A stretch of 64,000 nt of DNA from Eledone cirrhosa (lineage: Eukaryota). The stretch lies in NCBI GenBank assembly GCA_964016885.1, contig OZ024743.1, positions 124,930,001-124,994,000 of the forward strand, given 5' to 3'. The position numbers were made by a program, and so were the translations under genes. Numbering within the stretch: position 1 is the stretch's first letter; each line of letters begins with the position of its first letter. Under the pieces are notes generated by a model. It worked only from the letters and a program-made list of their open reading frames with translations. It was not told where the DNA came from and made no database searches. Below are positions 42,727-54,650 of the stretch, one piece after another.

Positions 42727-43575
42727 AGGAGTTTAAGACTGGCTGCCCATGGGAAGTCTCATAGCTGAATCTATGGCAGAATTAGAGAAGAAATTCCAAA
42801 CCTGGAAGCACGGCCTAGAATCAAAAGGGCTTAAACTCAATCTGACAAAGACTAAGGTCCTAGTAAGTAGAAGCGAAAATAGATCTGTTCTCCCCTTGGG
42901 GAAATGGCCTTGCTCAGTGTGTAGGAAAGGTGTAAGTAGAAATTCCATCCACTGTCCCAAAGGCAAACTATGGGCAAACAAGAGATGTAGTGGGATCTCA
43001 GGTAGTTTAGCTAAGAACGTAGGTTTTGCATGTAGCAGTTGCACTGGAGCAGTGAGTAGCAAAACGACCACAGGAAACAAGTGCCCCTTCCCATGAGTAT
43101 GGGCTGAAGCATACATATAGTATTCACTTCCATATCCCTCCCATACACCTCCCATGAGCACAGGCTGAAGCATACATCTGGTATGCACCACTTTCACCTC
43201 ACCCCTTCCACATACATCCCACATCCTAATACTGCACACACACCCATATACCCACCTCCCTAATCCCCACACACCCTTCCCACCAAAACTCCCAGCCCAC
43301 ACTGTAAAGTGGTCATGATGGCGACACGACAAAAAGTGCCCAGCCCAAACTTTAAGGTGATTGTGTAGGTGTCACAACAATAAGCACCCAGTACTCACTG
43401 TAAATGTGGTTGGCATTAGGACGGGCATCCAGCCATAGAAACCAAGCCCAAATCGGTTCTGTATGAGAAAGACATGGTCATCCGACCTCGTCTTGCCTCA
43501 AATAGGACAACCCATCTACCTAATGCTAGTGTGGAAAATGGACGTTAAATGGTGAGGATGATCATGATCATGATG
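42727..43575 (+). mobile_element. RTE LINE fragment with internal deletions
   Basis: FKTGCPW, GKWPCSVCRKGV joined directly to the 3'UTR. Confidence 0.85.
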
Positions 43576-43849
43576 TCCTTTTATGATAAACAACTGGTTA
43601 ATTATATTGTTGCAACCAAAATTATACAATTAAAGTAAAATTGCACAAAGTTAATTTTGATTAATCTTGCCTTAGGTTGATTTTGGAGAGATAATATACA
43701 TTTTATAATTCCACTCACAAGTCTATCAGGGATATTGTAAAAGATGCCATGCTGCAGGATCAAACTCAGAACCTCATGAATGTGAAGTTAACTTCTTAAT
43801 TATTTGACTATTCTTCATCCACAATCCTGTTCTTATTCTGTTAACTTTT

Positions 43850-44160
43850 ACTGGGGTAAATCAGCTTTCAGCATCAGCTGGATGCAGAAAATGACCAGTG
43901 TAAAACTCTTTGATGACCTCTTCTAATTTGACCAGCAAGGTTACAGAAAGACTGCTATATCTTGTCAGTTACTGTCTCTCAGACATCTAGAGTTGACTGC
44001 CAATAAAATCATCATTTGGGAACCAACCCATGGGGTAAAAAAAACCCTCAGTATCCTTCCAAAGGCCATAGTTTAAACTATGATGGCGGATAGTGGTGAT
44101 ACAACTGCTGATGAACTCAAGAAACTGATAACAGAACAAGACACAGAATGCACCCACCAT
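43850..44160 (+). pseudogene. Degenerate RTE-like LINE C-terminus
   Basis: IIIWEPTHG motif and a preceding NISW-like segment. Confidence 0.45.
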
Positions 44161-44747
44161 TTTGCACAACTCAAATGCAAGTTATAGCTGATAGAAAAAG
44201 TAAAATAAAAAGTCTGTTCAAATTTTTAGAAAGACAATTCAGATTTGAATACTGAAAAGTTACTATTTTTTTTTTTCTTTGAATACCTTTCTATGAGAGT
44301 ATCAAAAACAAAAAAACCCATTTGAGTTTTACTATTTTATTATGAAAAGTTTAAGAAAGATTTAACATAAAAGGAAGTATTTTCTTGCCATAGAGTAATT
44401 TGAGAAGAAAATATATAATACTTACCTTCCAAAAATGTTCAAATATCTAGATTCCTTAATGTTTTCTTGTAGGTGGTTTTTATATTTTTCCAGAAAGTGC
44501 TTTTATATTCTTAATCTGTTTTCCATTAAAGAGTATAATTTAATGCCAATTTCTTATACAATCAAATACCTTTGTCGACCCATCACTCAACCGCTACTTT
44601 ATTTTATCAATATCATGTGGAATAAAAGCAACACTGACAACATTGGCATTTGACCTGAGATCAAAAATGGGTCATTATAAGATAACATCAGGTATTTTGT
44701 TTGACATGCTAACACGATAAAACCCAGATATCAGTAAATATTACAAA

Positions 44748-44873
44748 GCTGTAGAAAACCCGCCAGACAGTCCTATGCGAGCAAGACAACCACTCTTGCC
44801 TCAAGTGGGAAAACTCCCGTCCAAACCCATGCAAGCGTGGAACATGGACGTTAAACGATGATGATGATGATGA
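44748..44873 (+). mobile_element. RTE terminal 3' fragment
   Basis: Near-identical to the end of 30780-31524. Confidence 0.88.
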
Positions 44874-44961
44874 TATATGAGAACCCTAGAGCAAATATTT
44901 ATTAAAATAACAGATTTAAGTTTAACTTTAATCTGTTATTTTAATATATATATATATATAA

Positions 44962-45594
44962 AAATTAGAAATAAGAGGGATCAGATGTTGTTTACTCGAG
45001 AGAAGGCTACGTTGGTATGGACACGTGATGCGCATGAAAGTCGATAGCTGTATAACAAAGTGCAGGGCAATAAAGATAGACGGTAGCCACGGAATAGGCA
45101 GACCTAGAAAAACCTGGGACGAGCTGATAAACTCCGACCTCACACACTTACACCTCTCCAAGACAATGTCACTGGACCAAGACCTTTGGCGGTACTCAGT
45201 AATAGAGAAGACCCGCCTTACCTAAATACATAGTAAAACCTACTACAGTCAGTAGGTATCTCTAACAAAATACACCCCCACCTCATCCACACCGCCCCCT
45301 TCTATGTAAAGTTATGTTGGTGCCACACCATCCAGGCCGAAACAAATGAGATCGTGTAGGTGTCACGACAAAAAACACACAGTCCACGCTGTAATGTGGC
45401 CGTGTAGGCAACACGGTAAAAACCTCCCAGACCCACACTGTAAATGTGGTTGGTGTTAGGAAGGGCATCCAACTGTAGAAAACCTGCCAGACAGTCCTAT
45501 GCGAGCAAGACAATCACTCTTGCCTCAAGTGGGAAAACCCCTGTCCAAACCCATGTAAGTGTGGAACACGGACGTTAAACGTTGATGATGATGA
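44962..45594 (+). mobile_element. 5'-truncated RTE LINE 3' end inserted in (TA)n
   Basis: Near-identical to 2576-3197. Confidence 0.92.
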
Positions 45595-45649
45595 TATATA
45601 TATATGTATGTATGTATGTATGTATATATATATACATACATACATATAT

Positions 45650-45787
45650 ATATTTATTAAAATAACCGATTAAAGTTTAAGCAAAGAATCGGTGCTTTCA
45701 CCCTTAACGGGATCTTCTGAAAGATTCCGTTAAGGGTGAAAGCAGCGATTCTTTGCTTAAACTTTAATCTGTTATTTTAATAAATAT
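45650..45787. repeat. Fold-back palindrome (~67-bp arms, CTGA loop) containing a 5'-truncated hammerhead
   Basis: Arms pair with few mismatches; the right arm reads CTGA(A)AGA-T-TCC GTTAA GGG-T-GAAA-GCA..TGC-TT-AAAC. Confidence 0.85.
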
Positions 45788-46662
45788 TTGCTCTACGGTT
45801 CTTATATATTTGATATATATTTTCCTTATCGAGCCCTCTTTGGATTTTAGTCTTCACATTTATTATTATTACTAATATATATATATATATACTTGTGTAT
45901 AATGGTAGCTATGGTGCTTCCATAGGCGGTATGCCAAAATTAGCACTCAATATTCAGCAGAGTAGAGTGTAGATAGTATAAAGAAAACGAAAAATCAGTG
46001 ATGCATCTGGACTCAATTTATTGCGTTAAAATTGTTTCGCCGGCAGGTAGCTCGAGACATGGTCCCTGTATGGATCTGGCTGATTCTACGGCTGCAGGTT
46101 CCTTCAGACACGGGTAGTTTGTTCGGAGCAAATTTTATCACTGGGGTGTTATCATCAAAAAACACCCTCAAAAAAACCTCTTCCACTCTTGTCATGCCAT
46201 TGGCTATTGTTACTCCACATCATCTTAAGTTCTGGTCAGTATTTACTGCTACACGGGTCATTAGCCATTTTCTGTCTGACACACTTCAATGGAGTCATGC
46301 TGGGTTCAGTATCTGACACGTCTGTTCACACTCCAGAGCACGCACCCACACACAGGCAGACACAGACACATGCGTGCATACATGCGTAGACACCCCCCCC
46401 CCACACACATACATATATGTATATATACACACACACGCTCTCCCTCACTTCCACGGGGCCAGGCACACCCACTTCTAGATACATACCGCTACAAGCCTTT
46501 TAACGGCTGCTTAAGTCGCGCCATATATCCGGTCCGACAAGCACTGCCTACACAAACATACACATATACACACACATACGCGCACACACATACCTAAGCA
46601 CAACCTTATATACATTTATATATATACACTCATACACACATATATACATACACACATATATA

Positions 46663-46703
<41 letters not shown>

Positions 46704-47186
46704 GCACACACATACATACAAAAAAACACTACATACATACGCACACCCACACATATACATACATATACACATGCAGACATATATACATCTACATATACAT
46801 GCGCACACGGACTGCCAAATGCAGACACCTGCACATATGCATATTTGCTTACACACACGTTTCCACATATACATATATAAACAAAACCGTAAATTAAAAA
46901 TAGATTATATAATGAAAAACACAATATACCATAAAATAACGGTAAAATAACATAACATAAAATATAAAATATCAATATAGTATACAATATAATATATATA
47001 TATCTCTATATGTACACATGTACACACATACATATACGGATATATACAATGGATATATGATAAAGTAATAAAAAAATATATATATATTATATATACTCCA
47101 TATATAATCATCCGTACACATGCCTGTGAAATGTACATAAACATATACATGTATACACAAATACACATATGCATACACCCGCACCT

Positions 47187-47226
<40 letters not shown>

Positions 47227-47968
47227 GCACCCACAAACACACTCATACGTAGCTATACATACATACATACACATATATATATATATTCACACACTCTGCC
47301 ACATACTTACATACATGTACATGCCTGCACACACGCGCTCATAAGCTCATGCATATACGTACACATGCCCATATACACACCCACGTATATATATATATAT
47401 CTACACACACACATACATATACCTACACACAAGTGCACACATAAAAACACCCAAATATAAACATAATAGGATAATAAAATAAAATAAATAAATTTACAAT
47501 ATTTTAGGCTACATTAAAATCTGTATGTAACTTCATAAATAGGTACATGAAAAAAGGGGTAAATAAAAAATGGGGGGGGGGGGGGGTTTAGGAGAAGGTG
47601 CGTGTATCCATGTGATATACCACACACGGGTAGTATGAGGTGCAGACTTGTGTTCGTATATAGAACAATAATGACAGTAATAATCATTGTTCCAAAGTGG
47701 AACAGGTGGAGAGTATATAGTCACGATTGACGGGGTACACATTCAAGGAGACGCCCTGCCCGGTCGCCATGGGGCATGGCACCTTGGCTGGGGTGTGCTG
47801 TTCTGTATGTTTGGGGTATCGGATCGGGTGGCCGTGGGCCCCGTGTGAGCCGATTCCGGCCCAGGCAATGTATCTTCCAATGTTGTATGCTCGGTCAGGT
47901 GCGCCCCTGGTTTACATATGTTTGCCTCACGGGTCGCACACTGTCATCGGGGCATGGCGTCAGGTCCC

Positions 47969-48260
47969 CTAATCCCATTGGGCCGTTCGGGTCTGTGCGT
48001 ACCCGTTCCCATGCTCCCGGCATGCGCCACCCGGAGGATTCCATGCTGCAAATGTGCATCTTCTCTGGTGTCTGCAGGTCATGATAATTTCAGACTTCAG
48101 GTTGACGGAGTCATCTTTCAGTCTGACTATCTCCATGGCCTCGTGTAGGCACAATCAGCACTTTCTACTTCCGGCCGAATATGCCCTCACTTGGCGAACG
48201 ATACTCCATTCCAGGGCCTATGGAGTGCCTTGGCCTTTCAGGTCCGCTAACCTAGTAGAG
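47969..48260 (-). pseudogene. Penelope-like element GIY-YIG-associated C-terminus remnant
   Basis: STRLADLK...LEWSIVRQVRAYSAGSRKC*LCLHEAMEI...VNLKSEIIMTCRH resembles the PLE WSI..Y..CxLCLxE..LNKRSE..CRH pattern. Confidence 0.8.
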
Positions 48261-48312
48261 TGCCTTTTGCTACGGATATATTAGGTTAACGCTTGATATA
48301 GCAGGAAGGGGG

Positions 48313-48348
48313 TCTTATCGTTTCGGATGCTAGTCCTTCATCAGAAGA
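48313..48348 (-). ncRNA. Minimal type I hammerhead (PLE pLTR type)
   Basis: TCTT-CTGATGA-A-GGA CTAGCA TCC-GAAA-CG-AT-AAGA; U16.1 is altered. Confidence 0.7.
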
Positions 48349-48430
48349 AAGAATGAGAAATAAGATAGATTGAGGGGACGGAATTGGAAAAAATGTTTTT
48401 AGATAAAAATAACAGGTCCATTCATGTTGA

Positions 48431-48491
<61 letters not shown>

Positions 48492-48641
48492 CCGTGTTCA
48501 GACCTGGGGAGGAGATGATCTCCGCCAGGTTTTAAAAATGCCCAAGAAACGCTGTATGTTACTACGGGGCACCTACGACTCTACCAGGAGTTACGGGTTA
48601 AAGGAAGGAAAGTAACAATGATTTCTTTAAGTAACATAAAT

Positions 48642-48812
48642 AATTGTTTCTACTTTTGGCACAAGGCCAGCAATTATGCCAGTACGTTACTGGTACTTTA
48701 TTTTATCGACCCCTTAAGGATGAAAGGCCAAGTTAACTTCGGCGGGATTTGAACTCAGGTCGTAAAAGGATTTAACTCTATGCTGCAAAGCATAGCGCCC
48801 GATACTGCCAAT
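48642..48812 (-). mobile_element. MetaSINE-like SINE
   Basis: Matches the 39151-39340 copy. Confidence 0.85.
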
Positions 48813-49783
48813 AGGGTTACAGCCGTTCGAGAGTCGTGCAGTAACGTAAACAGAAGAGTTACGTCCCTTCCGTTATCGACATAGTTTCTTGCCTCCAGTT
48901 TCGACAAAATAAGTACCTGCAATGGGGGAAATTCTATCAACTACATTCTTCTATGAAAAGAGGTTTCATGTTGATGTGAATAATCTATCTATCTCTTTCT
49001 ATATATATTTTTTTAAATAGTCACAAATATTCCATGTTGTTGTTTAACCCTACGTCAGTTGTGATTGAGCGGACCTATGGTCAAGACCTTTTCAACTATG
49101 AAGAAGAGTGTGGGAGCTATCGATCCACGAGCATTTCGAACCGAAATTGTCGTGGTTTTATGATACAAAACTTCTATCATAACTACATGCAATAACTTTT
49201 CTTAAAGTATACTCAACATAGCAGCTTAACGAAAGAGTTTCACCAATGTGAAACTTGTTAGGTTGTTCATCAGATTTAACTATCACAGGATTACTTCGTT
49301 ATTTTTTAATTAACAAAATAGAACAGTGTAATTCAGAATATGGGTGTATATGAACCCTGTATACAATGTCTTCGTATAATAAGCATACATTTAGTTTCAC
49401 TGCGTATTTGAAGTCTCAGCTATTATACATTTATTCGTTTTGCATCATGCAATGGGAATTAACTCAAATCTTATCAAAGTTGTCTCCCTTGCTTAATATA
49501 AATATTTATATAGAATGTTTGCGCTGCGAATACCGAGAAAACCTCATATAGTAGTACTCGATGCGCAATGAGATACAGAGTGGGTATATTGATGAAGTAA
49601 AGGTCTGACCACGTGTCCAATGGTTTCAGTTTGTTATTTTGCGAGATAAGTTGATACCGCAGAGTTCTTGGTCACATCAATACACACACACATATATGTA
49701 TAGAAATTTCGTATTTCTAAAGAAATACGGTTTTAGGAAGCCGTGGCTATGCAAACACCGGAGAGCTAACGCCCTCTGGTGGT

Positions 49784-49877
49784 GTCCAGCAGAAGCAAGG
49801 GGGACAACCGTCTATGCATTTCAGGCATGACTGGCCTTCGTCAGGACGGTCCCTCCCACCGCTTGCTACTGCTGGAC
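49784..49877 (-). ncRNA. Intact type I hammerhead ribozyme with extended stem I
   Basis: ACCGTC-CTGACGA-AGGC CAGTCAT GCCT-GAAA-TGCA-TA-GACGGT (49850 to 49807); further helices AGCAAG/CTTGCT and GTCCAGCAG/CTGCTGGAC. Confidence 0.88.
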
Positions 49878-50149
49878 TTGAAAACAGTCGAGAATATATA
49901 GTTTTCTCGTCTGTGTAAATGGGGTGATTATATATATAGAGAGAGAGAGAGAATGAAAAAAAAATGTTGTCTCCAATCGAGACGAAGTGAAAGTGTATTT
50001 GAATATATATAAAAATGAGAAAACTCGTCGTTAAAATAGCTAAAGGCTGTCAAAGACAGCAATGGGCAAAATGCCTCAGAAGACAAAGACCAGCGGCCAG
50101 TGGTCAACAGAGAGACGTTGAATAAGGTGGGTAGCAGGCAGATGAAATA

Positions 50150-50420
50150 TAGAAAATATTGAAAGAAGAGGATGACAAGGAGAAGTGTGTTGGCGTACAG
50201 AAGTGACTGGAAGAATGAAACAAAGAAAGGCGATGTACAAATCAAGTTTACACACACACATCGTCATCCTCATCAGCTCTCAAACCAACAAAATGCTTTC
50301 GGACGATTTAATTGAGAGTACCATTTTGAAATGCTGTATCGTGCAACAGAAAAATAAATCTTACTGCTGGTGTGATAAAATAAACAGCGCAGATAGTAGG
50401 ACGAAAGAAAACAAATAAAA
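50150..50420 (+). pseudogene. Very degenerate PLE GIY-YIG remnant
   Basis: KCVG..., KQRKAMYKSSL and LKCCIVQQ..SY align loosely with the 48.0-48.26 kb remnant; an HHR follows. Confidence 0.4.
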
Positions 50421-50542
50421 TTAAATAATGGGATAGAGGACCCCCATGAAAGGACCTGTTATTTTTATCTAAAGACATTTTTTTCCAATTCAAACCCGCC
50501 CGTCCATCTATTTCATCCCAGTCTATCTTATTTCTCATTCTT

Positions 50543-50578
50543 TCTTCTGATGAAGGACTAGCGTGCGAAACGTTAAGA
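50543..50578 (+). ncRNA. Minimal type I hammerhead (same family as 48313)
   Basis: TCTT-CTGATGA-A-GGA CTAGCG TGC-GAAA-CG-TT-AAGA; palindromic AACGTT. Confidence 0.72.
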
Positions 50579-51805
50579 CCCTCTTCCTGCTATTTCAAGC
50601 GTTAACCTAATATATCCCTTCCATATACTGTACCGATTGTGTTGTTATTTCTGTTTACCTTTTACACACACATATGTGTGTGTGTGTGAGTATGACAAGG
50701 GAAAAGCAGTACCCATGATCCTTTCAGACGAGTATGAGAGAGGAAGGCATGCCTAATCCTGAGGCCTGGCCCAAATGCTTGCAACAGAGTCGACTCCACC
50801 AAAGGCACCCAAAGATTAAGTTAGAGTGTTAAACCGGGCGATAGATTAAGTCTACTATACAAATAGGCCATTGCTGGATTTAAACTTATAAATAATGCAA
50901 AGAGTGTGAACAAATATTGCAAAGCATACGGTCTTACACCGAAATGATTATTCCAGCCCACCACCTTAACTAGTCTATTTATCGACTCCGGAGGGATGAA
51001 GGGTGAATTTGATCGCAGAGCGTATAAAGCTGACACTAAGTTAGCTATGAATTCTTTCCAACAACTCTGAGATGGTATTTTATTTTATTTCAGATAGGAT
51101 TTTAAAAGCAACAGCAGCCGCAGAAAATATTCGACTCTTTATTAATTCTATCTAAATTTTCATTTATTTCTGGAATGGAAGTTTCTTTATCACATTTATC
51201 AAGTCTAACATCGGTAGCCTTCCAGGAAGAAACTACATACAATTAAGAAAAATGTCTATATTGACCATTGACTGGCTGCAAATGTGAATTGAATGTACCT
51301 ACATCGGTTTCAACGATGAATGTTCCAGCTGTTAGATTACATGAACAGCCTGAGTATTCCACAGTTACTTGTACCCTTAACTGAAAGATTCAACGTGATA
51401 GTATGTGAAAGATCTAGCCCTTTGAATTACAGGTACAGTCCATCTGACGGGCTTCCAAACAGTTTCCGTCTAGCCAATTTCACTCACAAGGTGTGGGTCT
51501 ATCGTAAGTGACACTCGCCCAGGATGACACGCAATGGAATAGAACCTAAGACCTAGTGGTTGTGAAGCGAAATTCTTAACAATTCAGACATGCTGTATCT
51601 TTTGTGGAGGTGTAGAAAATTAGACACCCAATTTCTATTACAACATTGAAATATGTGTATTTAGGAGATTAGTATCGGTGTACATATATGCATTATCAGA
51701 AATGATAATAAATGCCGGTGTGTGTTGTGACTTCACAGAAGTCAAATGGATTAATATAAATAAATGGTTACCCGTTGGTCACAACTCCTAGGCTGAAGTG
51801 TGTGG

Positions 51806-53743
51806 AGAAGAACAGAGATCTTCTCTTGGAGGTGTTAACATCTTCTTAGGCTGCCGGTGGCATTCTTCTTGAGTGGCGAAGGAAATGAGGGAGGAATTCT
51901 TCTTCTTGATGACGAAGGAAACGAGAGAGGAGTCATCTCATGACAAGGTCGCAGGTGTTAACACTTTGGGATTCAGGAGGCGAGAGAGTGAGATCGCCCT
52001 GACCTGTCCCTTTTATAAGGTCCGGACAAAAAGGGTTCTGCCACCCCAACGGGAAGTAACTCCAGCTACTTCCTGTCTAGAGATCGGTGATGTGATTGTC
52101 ATAACAAGGGAGGCAACTCTTGCTACATTATCCCCCGCCAGATTTTTAAAACATAAAAATCGAATGAAACATGTATGGAGTAAGATGGCGAGCATGTAAC
52201 AGGCATGAAAATTACGAAAAATATAATGTTTGCAATAAAAGGAAAACAGCAAAATATATGCATGCAAAAATAAATGATAGATATGAAGGTAGCCACCGCT
52301 CTTGGCCAGAGAACTATCTATCCATCACTCAAAGATACAATGTAATCAAAGTAAAAGAAGAGGTCAAAGTTCAAATGTTCAAAATACAGTTCACATGTGT
52401 GCAATCACATGACAGCAGGAAAGAAAGTGTGTTTCAGAGAATGATGCAGGTGGTTTCTGGTCTGTGGTATAACGTGAAATTTCCAACCTCCGAAGAAGAG
52501 TACTGCAAAAATAAATTCTCTGGCTTGTTCTGCTGGTTTTGGTTGTTGATGAAGCTGTGTTGTGGTTGATGTTGTTGTCTCGCGGAGTGAGCGTATTCGA
52601 TGTTTAAATTCACAGTAAAAATTTTCCAAGAAAATATGAGTTGCGCAAAGTGCTAGAAGTAACAGCCAAAGTTGATGGTCGATGTTGAGAATGCGTTGAC
52701 CTGGAAGGGTCAAGAGGCCAGCGACCAAAGAACTAAGCATTCTGAATAAATGCGCAGTTTTCAACGGCAAATTTACGTGGTAAATTTTTAAACCGGCAAA
52801 TAGGAGAATATAGCTTAAGTCTGGAGAATCCTTGGCGAGAAACATTATCCATGGCGTGTGGTATCTCAGTGAGTCGAGATGTGTGCTGCCTACACGCGCC
52901 GAAACAAGGTTAAGTTAAAAAAAAATATATTTCTATTGCGCGAGAAAATGGCGCGAAAATGATAGTGCAACAGGTCGTTGGCAGCCATTTTGAAAAATGT
53001 GTGTGTGAGCGTGATAATATGATGAAAAAGAAAGAAAGGCTTCACTTAGTATAACAAATACGGCGAGTTCAACTTTTTTGTGAACGATGAAAAATGCTTG
53101 GCGGAAAGAATAAGCAATAGTTGAGATTCAGCGAAAATAAGTGTTCATGTTGAAATGTATAAAAAAAAAAATCAAATTTCTTTTTTTTTTTTTAAATGTT
53201 CGTTATAAGAAGAAACGAAAAACATATATACACATCCAGTGAAATGGTAATGAGAGGTACATAGTAATACAATAAATAAATAAATAAAAATAACAACAAC
53301 AAAAAAATAATAAGGCTCCAGTGGCCAGTTCACATGAAAACAGTTTGGCAGAACTTTTTGGGCCAGTGGACTCTCCGACCGGAACGGGTCGTGGTCTTGT
53401 ATGTAGGTGAAGGTGGGGCAGAAGAACAGAGATCTTCTCTTGGAGGTGTTAACATCTTATTAAGCTGCCGGTGGCATTCTTCTTGAGTGGCGAAGGAAAT
53501 GAGAGAGGAATTCTTCTTCTTGATGGCGAAGGAAATGAGAGAGGAGTCATCTCATGACAAGGTCGCAGGTGTTGTTAACACTTTGGGATTCAGGAGGCGG
53601 AGAGTGAGATCGCCCTGACCTGTCCCTTTTATAGGGTCCGGACAAAAAGGGTTCTGTCACCCCAACGGGAAGTAACTCCAGCTACTTCCTGTCTAGAGAT
53701 CGGTGATGCGATTGTCATAACAAGGGAGGCAACTCTTGCTACA
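51806..53743 (-). mobile_element. Non-autonomous LTR retrotransposon (two ~322-bp LTR blocks, PPT, degenerate gag, no pol)
   Basis: Direct repeats 51806-52127 and 53420-53743, both starting TGTAGCA on minus, with TATAAAA; PPT GGCGGGGGATAA at 52128-52139; the left boundaries of the LTRs are unresolved. Confidence 0.85.
52405..52990 (-). pseudogene. Degenerate Gypsy-like gag
   Basis: LRYH..., TAHLFRMLSSL and QLWLLLL resemble the gag motifs PSxLLRxMxxL and LWLQRLP. Confidence 0.4.
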
Positions 53744-53859
53744 TGTATTAAAAAATAAACGACGTTTTTTCCTTTTTTTTTTTTTTTTCGTATTTTAACT
53801 TTATTTTATTATCATTTCAATACGTCGAAATAGGTTATGAATATTTCGAGAGCAAGAAG

Positions 53860-54045
53860 GACTGTGAGTTGGCAGAATCGTTAGAGCGCCGTTCAAAATG
53901 CTTCGAAGTATTTAGTTACGGTTCTTTACGTTCTAAGTTCAAATTCCAGGGTCGATAAAAAAAAAAGTAACAGTCAAGTACTGGGATCGATTTAATCGAC
54001 TTTCCCCCTCTGCCAAATTACTGCGCTTAAGCCTAAAGTAGAAAT
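53860..54045 (+). mobile_element. MetaSINE-like SINE (diverged)
   Basis: GTTGGCAGAATCGTTAGAG head, GTTCAAATTCC, GGGGTCGATAAAA. Confidence 0.7.
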
Positions 54046-54264
54046 TATTTATTGCAAGGATATGATAGTAAAACAAATAATAGTTCGAAGACTCTTCTCT
54101 GAACGAAACTTCGGTTGAATAATAGTTCCCCTATTTTAATTGTATTGATGGAATTCCGTCGGTTCCAACGATGTGTGCTCCAGTTGTTGGATGAATGGAT
54201 CAGCCTGCTCATAAAATTAATGAAATTATTAGGGAGATACAGCATGGCACTGTGTGTAACAAGA

Positions 54265-54418
54265 CTGGTCCTTTGAGTTACAGATACTACTAATTTTTCC
54301 CATCTGTATGGACTAGAGAAACCTAAAATAAAGTGTTTTGCTCAAGGACACGATGCTCCGCAGGGAATCGAACTTGCGATCGTCAGCCAGACACCTTAAC
54401 CACTAAGCCACGCCCCTT
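54265..54418 (-). mobile_element. Diverged CORE-SINE
   Basis: TGGCTTAGTGG, GTTCGATTCC, CCTTGAGCAAAACACTTT on minus. Confidence 0.7.
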
Positions 54419-54460
54419 CACAAATTCTTTAGTTCCCCTAATCATATTAAATTATTTCAC

Positions 54461-54650
54461 AGGCGGTGGATTAGCAGTATCGGTAGAGCGTCAGACACCA
54501 TGCTTTGCAGCATAGAATTTTGGTCCTTTACATTCTAAGTTCAAATCCCGCCAAGGTTAGCTTTGCTTTTCATTCATATGGGGTCGATAAAATAAAGCAC
54601 CAGTAATGCACTGGAGTAATTGCTGGCCTTGTACCTAAAGTAGAAATAAA
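54461..54650 (+). mobile_element. MetaSINE-like SINE
   Basis: Full head and domain. Confidence 0.85.

Noticed and set aside
44426-44526. Minus-strand exon ending GGAAG|GTAAG
   Set aside because: Stops in all frames, weak acceptor, no supporting partner exon
48155-48157. In-frame TGA in the PLE Zn-finger region as possible selenocysteine
   Set aside because: It falls at an x position of CxxC, not at Cys; a TAG also occurs in frame; CGA-to-TGA decay is simpler
49225-49280. Minus-strand CTGATGA...GGT-GAAA
   Set aside because: Stems II and III pair poorly; not supportable
52930-53000. YY1/E2F-like motifs suggesting a housekeeping promoter
   Set aside because: They lie inside the LTR element's internal region, at the start of the gag-like sequence
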